From: Antedon mediterranea
Lineage: Eukaryota; Animalia; Echinodermata
Assembly: GCF_964355755.1 (NCBI RefSeq)
Contig: NC_092676.1
Coordinates: forward strand, 8,409,888-8,473,887
Direction: 5' to 3'
Length of the DNA: 64,000 nucleotides
The position numbers and the translations under genes are program-made. Below, in pieces: positions 15,001-27,000 of this stretch. The notes beneath the pieces are model-generated. The model searched no databases, was not told where the DNA came from, and saw only the letters and a list, made by a program, of their open reading frames with translations. Positions within the stretch are counted from its first letter, which is position 1. The number at the start of each line of letters is the position of its first letter.

Positions 15001-18000
15001 CAGAAGTAGTACGGTAATACAAGTAGCCTACTAGTCTCTAAATATTAGCAGAGTTGCAGAAGGAGCAATGGAAGACAATGGTAAAAGTAGCTACAGAAGT
15101 AGTACGGTAATACAAGTAGCCAACTAGTCTCTAAATATTAGCAGAGTTGCCGTAGCAGCAATGGAAGACAATGGTAAAAGTAGCTACAGAAGTAGTAGGC
15201 CTACAGTAATACAAGCAGCCTACTAGCCTCTAAATATTAGCAGAGTTGCTGAAGCAGAAATTGAATACAATAGTAAAAGTAGCTAAGTAGCACGGTAATA
15301 CAAGCAGCCTACTAGCCTCCTTATAGCATGGTTGCTGAATCAGAAATTGAATACAATAGTAAAAGTAGCTACAGAAGTAGTAATTCAAATAGCATACGAG
15401 CCTCTAAATATTAGCAGAGTTGCAATGGAATGCAATAGTGAAAGTATAGCCACATAAATAGTAGTACAAATAGTCTACCAGTCAATAATAGAAATATTAG
15501 CACTCAGTTGATGAAGCAAATAGAACTATAATAAAATTATAACTGCATTTTGTTTATAGCCCATGAATAAAGGTCAGTATAAAAAGTCTTTTTGAACATT
15601 TCCAAAACTGTAACTAAACTGTCAGAATATTCTATATCTGTAATAAACTAATTATGTTGTTGAAATAAAATGGTATATTCTCTATAATTCTAGATGAAAT
15701 TAAACCCACAGATTGAGAAATTGGTTATTTCTTATTTAATTAAAAAAGACACGGTTTCGAGCAGAAAACGCCGATTTAAGGAAATATCTTATTATAGTAT
15801 TTAGTTTCAAGAGAAATATAAAAGCAATACGATGTGGAAATAATACTCAAAACTGTTTAAAAGGTTAAAATAGACAATAGTAAGAAATAAATATTAGATC
15901 ACGTGTTATTGAAACTTGATCACGTGTTATTCATATTGATTGGTTTATTCTAAAAGTGTAACTAACTCGATATTAAAAGGAAGCGGATTATTTACGAATT
16001 TTTTAATTTGTTTAAAAGATATGAAGCGATGTAATTTTAACTATATTCGATAGTTTGAGCAATTCAAATCACATTTTAAATTGACCTGTTTTGAAAGTTG
16101 GTTTTTTTTTGCATTTAGGCACATTTCCAAGGATTATGAATAGCGAATTCTTTCACTGTGTCAGGCGACAATCCATTCACAAAACAAACATACATACAGA
16201 ATGTCTAATTACAACTGATGTTGTATCAGCACCCGAATCTCTATTGTATCTCCACATTTCTGTCCAGTGTCATAGTCACAGCACAGTTACATCACATGTG
16301 TAGGCCTATCACACGTGGCCCCTGGCCACGTGTGATAGGCCTACACTATAGTTTCCCCTATGTTTCATAATTTTTGGGATTTTATTTGTGTTACACGAGC
16401 TTGTTGAAAATAAGCACTTTCATATCAGTGGGGGGATAGTTCAAATTACACAGTAAAATCTCTATTCTTTTGTACACAAATTTTGTAAATAGAGAGGCAT
16501 TTTAAAAGGCTATGAAAAATAAATGGTGTGGTAAAAAATGTTATCAGATGACCAAATATAGGTAATATAACTTGAATATTACATTTGTGATATTTTTATT
16601 CAACTTCAGATTTTTATTTTCATGCTATAGCAAAAATTATTCACCGTATATCCACCATCTTTTTTCACCGTCTAGGGAGTCACCAGACATGTTATTACAT
16701 TAAGTTAACTACCTAACTACTGAAAAAAAGTCTTCCTGGTTTTTATGGAAGAATTTTGCCAAATTTTGTATTTGACCATATTAAGGGAAATTCATGTTTT
16801 TTCGTCTCGATTTCTGTTACAAATATTTCATTAATGTACAATTAACCAAATATTATATTTAAAATTCATGCCTGTACCTGAGCTTTAAAGTTAGTGCTAA
16901 GACCTGATACAGACTGCACATGTGATACGTATATGTGACACTGTATTACCAAATGTGTTTATGATACTGGAAAAATAAATAATACAGTACCGAGAATCAA
17001 CTAGAAACAGCAGCTACAAGTACTCATTATTGCTTTTCGTATATTAAAAAAAAAATTCCTGTGGTATGTTTGAAACTTTTTAGACACGCTTAATAATAGA
17101 AGCGTTCCATCAAATTTTGTAATTATCGTTTTCTTTTCAGAGGAGATTAAAAACCTGTCGAAGGATCGTTACATTTTAGAATACCAAATTTGTGAACGTC
17201 ACTGCCAAAGTAAACACTTAATTCACCACCTGTTAATCTCTGATGTAACTTAGAATATTACAGAACCTGAGGCCAGCAAATGTCATAAGAGACGGCGAAA
17301 ACGAACACTTGATTGCAAAAGGCACACAGTAGTCAATAGCTTATAGATCGACTACAAATATAAGCGTATCTGCGACGTATATATAGAATCATCACGTTGT
17401 GTGATCAATCTCCGCGTGTAAATAGATTAAATTATTAGCGTAGACATATGAAATTCGACAAGAAATATCCGATAATTTGACATAACGTAAGGCAATGGCT
17501 TAGAAAAGGTAAACGAATTATACAGTACCCTAATTCATATATGTCAGACATTTTTTAATCACTCATAATCACTAAAAATGAATTATTAATGATAAATTAA
17601 TCAATATTTCGACCAAGAAAAATCGGAATGATTACAATTTATTTTTTTGTAATGTCGTCTGAACCCGTTAGCGATGATATTTCAGTTTGTTAAATACTTG
17701 TTTCAGCTTTTGACATATGTCCCAATTAAACCTGTGATATTTGAATTGTATTGCAATTACTGAACCATTTATTTCGCAGCTTTAAATGTTGAATTAGATT
17801 TCCTGCTTTTCTCGAGGAGAGAAAAAAAAACTCAATACAAACATCACATCAATTCGTAACCGTTTTAGTTTCGCCACCGTCTTATGAAATTAGTGAAGAC
17901 CTTTCAAATAATGATGTCGCCATTATTGAAAAAGAAAAATCAAATTTAAACAAATCCAATTTTACAAGATAATTTCCAGTTCATACAATCTTAATACGAT

Positions 18001-21000
18001 TCTATTCTATTATCTATATAGATATATATAGGTTGGAACCAGTCAACCAAGATGTGTGAAGGGTAGATATCTGGAGGTCATCGGTTCGAATCATTACTTC
18101 ATATTTGGCAAAATATCTGAACTTATTAAGTATGAACTGGAAATCATCTTGTACAATTGGATTATTTAAATTTGATTTTTCTTTTTCAATAATGGCGACA
18201 TCGTTATTTGAAAGGTCTTCACTAATTTCATAAGACGGTGTAAAACTAGAATTATTGTTACACAATTATCAGAAACATATTTTAAAGAGAAAATCTGTAT
18301 CATCTTAAATTGCAAAATAGGTTAAATCTAAACAATAAAATTATATTTTGTTACAATAATAGCGCCATCCATAAGAAATTATAGCCGATTCATTGTATGG
18401 CTTAAGTTACAATTTCATTTTTTCATTCGTAATTCTAGTTTAACATTACCTGTACCATACAAGAAAACAAAGCTATGCTTTCAGGAGAAAATTATATTTA
18501 TAATTTATTTCAACTAAAATTACTAAAATTATAAATTTTGACCAAAAACCAAACAAATTAACTACAAAAGTGTCCTGTCGAAGTATGTCCCGCCAATTTT
18601 AACAAATAATTCGAAAAAAAGCAATTTTACCCCCAAAATAAAAAAAATTATAATCGAAAACTATGTTAGATATTTTTTGATAATGTACTTTTGAAATATA
18701 TGCATTGGAAAATAAAATACTACATAAACTCTTGTAATGAAAAACAAAAACACGCTTTGGTCAATTGTTCAAAGGCTTTGGTAGATGAGCCCTTTTCTCA
18801 AAGTAGGGCAGTATATGTTTCCTTACATGCGAATAAAAAGATTTTGAGCATCTTTTTATGACAGAACTTATATCACATAGATTTATACTTAGACCACAGT
18901 AGCATGAACCTTTAAAAGACATTGGAGTTTTATCAGCAGAAATAGGATAAAAACCAATTTGAAGATTGTCCTCTAAGCGTGGCAGAACTATCCATCAAAT
19001 GGTAATTGTCTGCAAAATTAACAGCAGACAATATAAAACAAAAACAAACTGTTCCGATAGATTGATACTTAGACCACAGTAGCTTATTAGAAGAATTTTG
19101 GAAAGAGTTTTGTAAAAAAAAGCAAAATAAAAACCAATTTGTAAATTGTTTTGAGCGTGACATAAAGTCAATAGAACTATCCATCAAATGGTCAATGTCT
19201 GCAAAATTAAAAGCAGACAATAACAAATTGTCCGGGTGCCACTTCCTGAATGAGTAAGCAGTATTACGGTAATTTAGCAAACCAACGCCTGTACTCCCGG
19301 ATAAATGACGTCATTTATTATGTGACGTTTGAAATCTCATAAAAACCAATATTTGAGATGTTTTCATTCGATGAATCAAATCATTGTTTCATTAAATTCA
19401 CTTAACATTGAAACTCAATTACTACTATATTGTCAATATTAATATAAGTATCTATTCATGCTCAGGTTATTTATATACATTTTGTTTGGATAATGTGAAT
19501 TGGAAAGCGACATAATTGTGGGCTCCTCCTTCTCCTGTGTCATTTAATAGGTTTCATCAACATCATCATGTCTATATTTATCCATTAGTAAGTTTCGTAA
19601 TTCTTCATAGAAATCTGTGATCAATAGTTGTCCTGCATTCATCATAATCATCATAAAACGTCCTCATCCTTATTATTTTAAGTATCTATATATAAATTAT
19701 GCTTAATTCTGACATAGGCGGGCACAATGGAAAACTTCGGGAAAGATCTTCGCCTTGGATACTTATCTCATCTATCTTAGATGTACTGCGAAACGTAGAC
19801 TTAATTACAGTAGTTCTCACTATTACGGTATTGTTCCATATTTATCTCTAAAGCTTGGTTCCCACTAGCGACGCAACGCAAGGACGTAAAGCTTGGTTCC
19901 CACTAGAACGTAACGCAAGGACGTAAACGCAACGCAAGCGTTTTAACAAATGACAAGCGAAGTTATAGACAGTAAAGCTTGGTTCCCACTAGAACGTAAC
20001 GCAAGGACGTAAACGCAACGCAAGCGTTTTAACCAATGACAAGCGATGTTATAGACAGTTAGCAATCACAAGCGAATAAGCCATCGCTTGTGATTGGTCA
20101 ATTCACTTGCGTTGCGTTACGTCCTTGCGTTGCGTCGCTAGTGGGAACCACGCTTAACGCAACGCAAGTGAATTGACCAATCACAAGCGATGGCTTATTC
20201 GCTTGTGATTGCTAACTGTCTATAACTTCGCTTGTCATTGGTTAAAACGCTTGCGTTGCGTTTACGTCCTTGCGTTACGTTCTAGTGGGAACCAAGCTTT
20301 AGGAAGATGTCGTGGAGGGTTTTAAAACGAAATGTTGGGGTTTCATCGGTAGATTTTTAAGCGGTCGGTCAGCGGTAAAGTTAGTTCCAGGTTCACGGTG
20401 AGTCTTTTTACCCGAGTCATTATCATTCCGAGAACCATCGTCTACACTTCCTAGAGGGGGTTTATAATAAACATACTATCATAAACTAAAAACTGAATGA
20501 CGTCATTTTACAAATACAATTTACTAATCTCAATGTCGTAGCTTAATGTAGTTTGCCCAATCATTACAAATGGAATTTAATCATAATCAATGTCCTAGTG
20601 TTAATAATCATTATCTTGATTACTGTCGTAATCTCTATCAATATTTTATTACTAATTTCAGTAGGCTACGAGGAACGTATTCTCATCGGTAAAAATGTGC
20701 AGCTACTATAAAGACATGGAGTTTTTGTAGCTCAATGATTAATACATCTTACTCATGGTAACACTTTGACAGGGAGCCCGAATGAAGATGTATAGGGTCT
20801 AATTAAGAATTTAATTTCCAATAAAACATGATCTTATCTTCTTATCTTATTCACATCCAATTATATACTCCACCTTTCAACCTATTTGTTATAAAAAAAA
20901 TCTAGCACAGTAGACTTTTGTATCTAATACACCGATTTGTAAAATGATCATGATTATACGAATAACTTATTGTAACTACTTCTAATTGGTCAAACTGAAA

Positions 21001-24000
21001 TCTAACAGTTAACTATAATTCACCAGAATCTATATATAAATTTACGTAAGGGCAAAATTCGGTAAATCGCGCCTTACTTCTAGAATTTTTACTCGATGGT
21101 ATATAAAGTTGGTTCGTACTTTCGGTACTGATTTTAACCACCTGATGTAACCCTGTTTCCTAATTAAATTAAGTTAGATAATTAGTTATTGACGATTAAA
21201 ACGAATTTAGGTTCAATGATTTTCCCCAAATAGGGGTGTTTTTCGATCGTGGTATACACTGTCTAATGGATGCCCATCTTGAAAAATACCCACCACGAAA
21301 ATGCGAGGAGGCTTCGCATTTTTCTATCTCCTCCTATACGATAATTGTTTTTAATAGCTGAAAACCGGTTGAACAGCTAGAGTACAGCATCATAATGTTG
21401 AAGACAGGCCGATTTTCTTTACAAAATACTATTTTGATAGATTTAATATACGTTTATAGAAATGTATTGATTTGCAATGAATGAAGAATTCCAAATTATT
21501 GCATACCTCCATGGTTTAACACAAGTAGGTAAATTTATAGACCCTTGGAGAATAAACAGAAATAGTATTGTAATGCTATACAATACTGCAAATAGGTATT
21601 AACCACTTTTGATCGCCATTTGAATCAAAAGTGTGTTGGTACTGTTAGATATAATATAAACAAATATACTAATAAACTTTATCACTGTGAGTGTGGGTAG
21701 TCCCTACTTTTAGATTATAAACACATAATAATATAATACTTTATTACCGTCAGTTGTTTCTCAACGTTTGTATTAATTAATAATTACAAAATATAAACGT
21801 ATTAGTGGTCTTTAAATGTACTTTACTATGTCAATCGACCATGAGGCAGTGACAGTTTTAATAAGGTATTAAATCGGAAATGTTTTACTCTATTTAGTGG
21901 TATATTATTTATAGGCCTATACAAAAAATACTTCGTTAATGATTGGATAATAAAGAAATATAAAAAATAATTTAACAAAATTGGGTTTGTTTAAATGAGT
22001 CCAAATAACAAATTTCGACTCATTTTGTGACAAGTTTCTAGGTGTTAATTTTGGTTGACTACATAAATCATTGTGTCTACTTATTTGTTTCTGTAAACGA
22101 CAATGTTTTATAGTCCTGCCGTACGTACATTTGAAATCGCCAGCTTTTTACGCTGAAATTACTATGTATTCGAGAACCATCTGTGGGCACGAACTAGATG
22201 GTACGCGAGCGAAGCGAGCGTACCATCTAGTTAATAAAATTACAGTTAGAAAGAAGATGACAGTTGATTGTGCTCTGGATGTTAAGAGTATACTGTATGT
22301 TAGCTTGTCCTTCGTTCAACCATGACTACTACTAATACTGGTCTTCAAAGACTGTTCCCTAACCCTTAACATTAACCTCTAACCCCAAACTATTTTAGAA
22401 AATCCGTGGTTCAAGGTATAACATTTCATAAACGGCACTAGTATATGTGGAAGACTTGATGTAGGGTATATCATCTAATTGATTTTCCAAATATCAGAGT
22501 ATGATGTTAGAATAATGATACTTGCCAAATTTTTCATACATGATTAGCAAACATTGCGTGTAAATCGACATCTTAATTGGAACATTAAATACCATTTATG
22601 CTACACATTCATTGAAATAATTGATCGGAATGTAAGTTTAACCCTATCATTTCTCCAATCGAACATTTATACATCGCTACAGGGTGGTGACTTAACACTA
22701 ACGGGGCATGAACACATCATCACGAAGGAATAACGCATAGGATTTACTTTAAAATCGATCGAATCAAATCGTAGAGTAGCATTTAACAAGTTTATAACGC
22801 GGTCAATCACAGAACCTTCTTAATCGAATCGTTCCGCGTGGAAGTAAACTTTGTATTATTTGTGTTTATTATTCGCTACACTGACGTTGCTGTAAACTGA
22901 CTAATACGATTGTAACCATTCTGGTTGTTGATAAAGATTTGCAATCGATCGTCTTAGATAGTGTCAACGTCGTAGTAAGATACGTAAAAAATAAATCATA
23001 CATTGCTCATACGAACAAATCTAAGAAGAAATATTATAATGGAATTGTTGGTATTTCACATTTGAACGTATTATTACATCGGCGTCCTTTCGATTCTACA
23101 TTTTCCACCTTTTTGTTTTAATGTAATCCAAATAATCCTTTGACGTTTTTCAAAATCACTGAATGCAAATGATAGCATTATAAACATTGTTCTTCAATCT
23201 TCTTCCCGATAAAGATATTTTAAGCATATCCTTTATCAATAAAAGTAACGTAACTGTCTTAAAAATGTCAAATCCAGTTAATTTTAGAAGAATGTTTTGC
23301 CAAAAGGTCTTTTGCATGTCGGTAATCAATCTTGGAAACAACATTGGCCATTTGAAATCTGTTTTTGGCCAAATTATTACTTCTGTTTAAAGAGAGACCA
23401 TCACCATCAAATCAGTAATGTATACCGTATACAAATGGACATAATGAAAGAGTAGAGAATAAACATAACAAAATAAATGAAAATGATATCTGCTTGAAGA
23501 TAAAAGAAAAATCCGAACCAAAAACAAACGTGTGTAGCATAATGTCAATGTCAGTGATAGAGAAATTAACCTCACAACGGTTACGGTACTTATCATTTAG
23601 TGGCTCAAGAAGGATACCAACATTTTCAATACGTAATTTTTACCCCCTTTTTCTGTCACATCGTTGAATCTGTAAACTCAACGCAACTCAGCGCAACTTA
23701 ACGCAACTTAACGATCGACAGGAAAACAGGCTTAAAGTGCAATGTCATCGGCGTATTTTGGCCACAGGGTGGTGTAAATTTCTGGGAAATAAACTAAAAG
23801 TGGCACTAGCTTTTAAAAGAAGATAGAATGTAAGGACAGACATCAATCCTATTGTTATCGCTTGTTTTTAAGGGTCTGTTTCAAATTGATCATTTTGTCA
23901 AAGTATTTAAAAAAAACTTCTGTTCTAATTGTAGTTGGGTCTCTATATAATATCTTCCAGTGTTGTGTAAAGGATTAATTTCTTTATAGAAAAAACGCAA

Positions 24001-27000
24001 AATCATTTTCAGTGAAGTGTTTGTTTTGATTTTATATATATAAATCTCAAATACTAAACAAGATAGGACAATCTATTTTACATAAAACGTCTCAACACAA
24101 ATAATGATCTAGGAAATTCACTGACAATATACAATATCGATAAATTCAGCAATATTTTTCAAATTGTTTTCTTACCTTATATATCAAATCTATTTCATTT
24201 ATTGTCAAGTTAACTGATATGTTAAGCAATGTAATCTTTAAAACGAGTTTAAGTTATGACTTTAATCGTGTACGTTAATCGGTTCTTCAGTTACAAGTTT
24301 TTAATCGTATAACTTTTATTCGTAAATTCATGATTTTAATAGTGTTAATCTGTTTGAATTATGCGGTCTCCATGGCAATCTAACGAATAACGAGGTTGTT
24401 AGTGGACGCGAGATGTTAACAATTGCTATTATCGCGATCAGGTTTTTGGAAAATTATGTGTTTATTGCGACGCGATGACGATTAGTGCAACGTTAGTAAG
24501 TTGACCAATCACAACACAGTTCGGTTTGATTGTTCGTCGTGATTGGTCAACTCACTTGCGTTACGTGTGCGTTTTTTCATTGCGTCTTCGTGAATTATGT
24601 AAGGTTTATAATGTCTATTTACTATTAACCTTTTTGCATAATATGGTTGTACGGAAATAATAATTATTACTAAGAACTTAGGCCTAATTAATTTCGAATT
24701 TATTGACCATTGTTGAATTCAATAGGAATGATTTTAACAAAAAACAAACCTTTTTTAGAAACAGAAGGCTTAATGGTATTTTCGAAACATTAAGTTAAAA
24801 TGCCGTGGCTCGTATTACGTCAAACCGTCTATAGTAACCATTGTAGTGCTTTATTTATTGGATTGACTTATAGACGTAATGTAGAAATTAAATCCCAAGT
24901 CCCAAGTCTAATCAAATAAGGTCTCTTGGATCTATTTATATCAGTAAATATATAAAGGATTCGGGTTATTGTTTTATTGTGTCAAAATAAAAGATTATTT
25001 GTGTAAGAAAACAAACCTATTATTATTGAATTACTAATTTGGTATACAGTGTATTTGATATTCGTAGTAAAACAAGAAGAGGAAGGAAAAGGCTATGCTT
25101 GATAGATTAAAAAAATAAAAAATATATTTGGAACTAAAAGATAGAAAGAAGACTGTCATGGACCTGGCAAATGGCAGATGAAAAGGACGGTAGGTAGCTG
25201 CTATACACAACGTCATATGTGACACTGTATCCTGTAAAAAAGTTAATATGTTCTTACAGAACTAGAATCTTAAAAAGACTATGTACTTCACTACCGTACC
25301 TGATACACTGCGGTATCAGGGCTAGAGACGTTAAACAATCTGACAGCATTTTCCATCCGTTGTATACTGTAGAAAGGCCCATTTACACTAGGACGATAAC
25401 GATCGACGATAAATAGACAAATGTGCATTTTTCATACATAAAACAAAAGAAATATAAACACTTTCCATTCTAGAAATATAGAATAACCATTTATGCTTCC
25501 TTTGATGAAAATGACATTTACACACGTCCAATAAAATGACGTCATGATTAGTAAGAGCAATAATATCGTGACAATACAACGATTTTATTGTTTTTATTTA
25601 TCATGACGTCATTTGATTGGAATTTAAAAAATATTATTTTTATCAAAGACAGCAGATATGATTATCCTATATTTCTAGAACGAAAAGCTTTCTAAATTAT
25701 TTTGTTTTATGTAAAAAGATTCATGTTTATATATTTATCGTCCATCGTTATCGTCCTAGTGTAAATGGGCCTTTAGACTAAAGTTATGGATTGGATGCTA
25801 TGGTATGCGCCTGTTGCTGTCAGCAGACTACATGGTGTTTCACGTCGCTAGACGTGATACCGTAAGAGAACGGACCGAAATATATCCATTAGTCATGTTT
25901 TAATAATAAACTAAGATACGTCTGACTTTTTATCGAATACCGTCTTGATTGCAAAACAATAAAATGACACTTTCAATCAGTTAAGATCCTCAATCAAGTG
26001 TGAGCATTGTTTCACTTTGAATCGGAAAAGAACAATTTTATGTGTAAACACGTTTAGTAACAACATTAATATATATGCGATTTGTGTTAATTTTCTCTAC
26101 TTGAGTTTTGTATATTTAGCTTTTAAAATGGTTTGCAATTATTACGAAGCGTGGACGGCGTTTAATCATTCACTGGCAATCAACGGGATTTAATTACTCC
26201 TGACACTGTTCTTGCAAATTCTAGTAAATTTAATTGAAAAATCTTAATAGATTTTTTTTAAACATCGCGTAATTACATATGGCTTACTCATACATTCTTA
26301 CACATTTCCACGAACGTTGATATAAGAAATTAATGTATGATTATATTTTTAGCTGCATAAAGAGTGAGAACAAATAGAAATACATGTATAATGCAACATG
26401 TTGTCTTGACCAAACGAACAACTTATAAATGTCTTTATTGATGGCAACTACACCGAGATAATTTTTCCCATCAGTGGTTTGGAAATCTACAGGCGGATCT
26501 AAGGCTAGTCAAACACCCTCCATTATTACTCCTTCCTCCCCCTCCTGCATCCCAATTTCGAAATTTACAAAGATACGGTAGGATATTGGTTGAGTTCAGC
26601 ATTTTTTAAACAATTGTTTTCAAAATCAAGGATACGTCACTGCTACGGAGTTGTAACTCTCCTGTCTAATGATTGGTTGCCATTAGAAACGCACCACAAG
26701 GACGTAACGCATCGAAAATGAGTTGACCAATCACAAGCGATGGATTATTCGAACTGTCGCTTGTTATTGGTCAACACGCTTGCGTTGCGCTTACGTTCTA
26801 GTGGGAACCAAGCTTAAATATTATAACATAATGTATAACGTTTGAATATGCGGAAAACCACATTCTCTTTACTGATTAAATGGGTGTGTGCACGTCGTAA
26901 ATAATAAACATAATAACACTATTTTGCTTTACTTGGTACGCTTGTAATGCCGTGTATGCACCATCTCCTTAAGACCTGTTCACACAAATTGTCAAGGTCA

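Noticed and set aside
14100-15430. 93-bp array as a CRISPR-like or coding repeat
   Set aside because: Units are contiguous with no unique spacers, the context is eukaryotic, and there is no long ORF despite the unit length being a multiple of 3.
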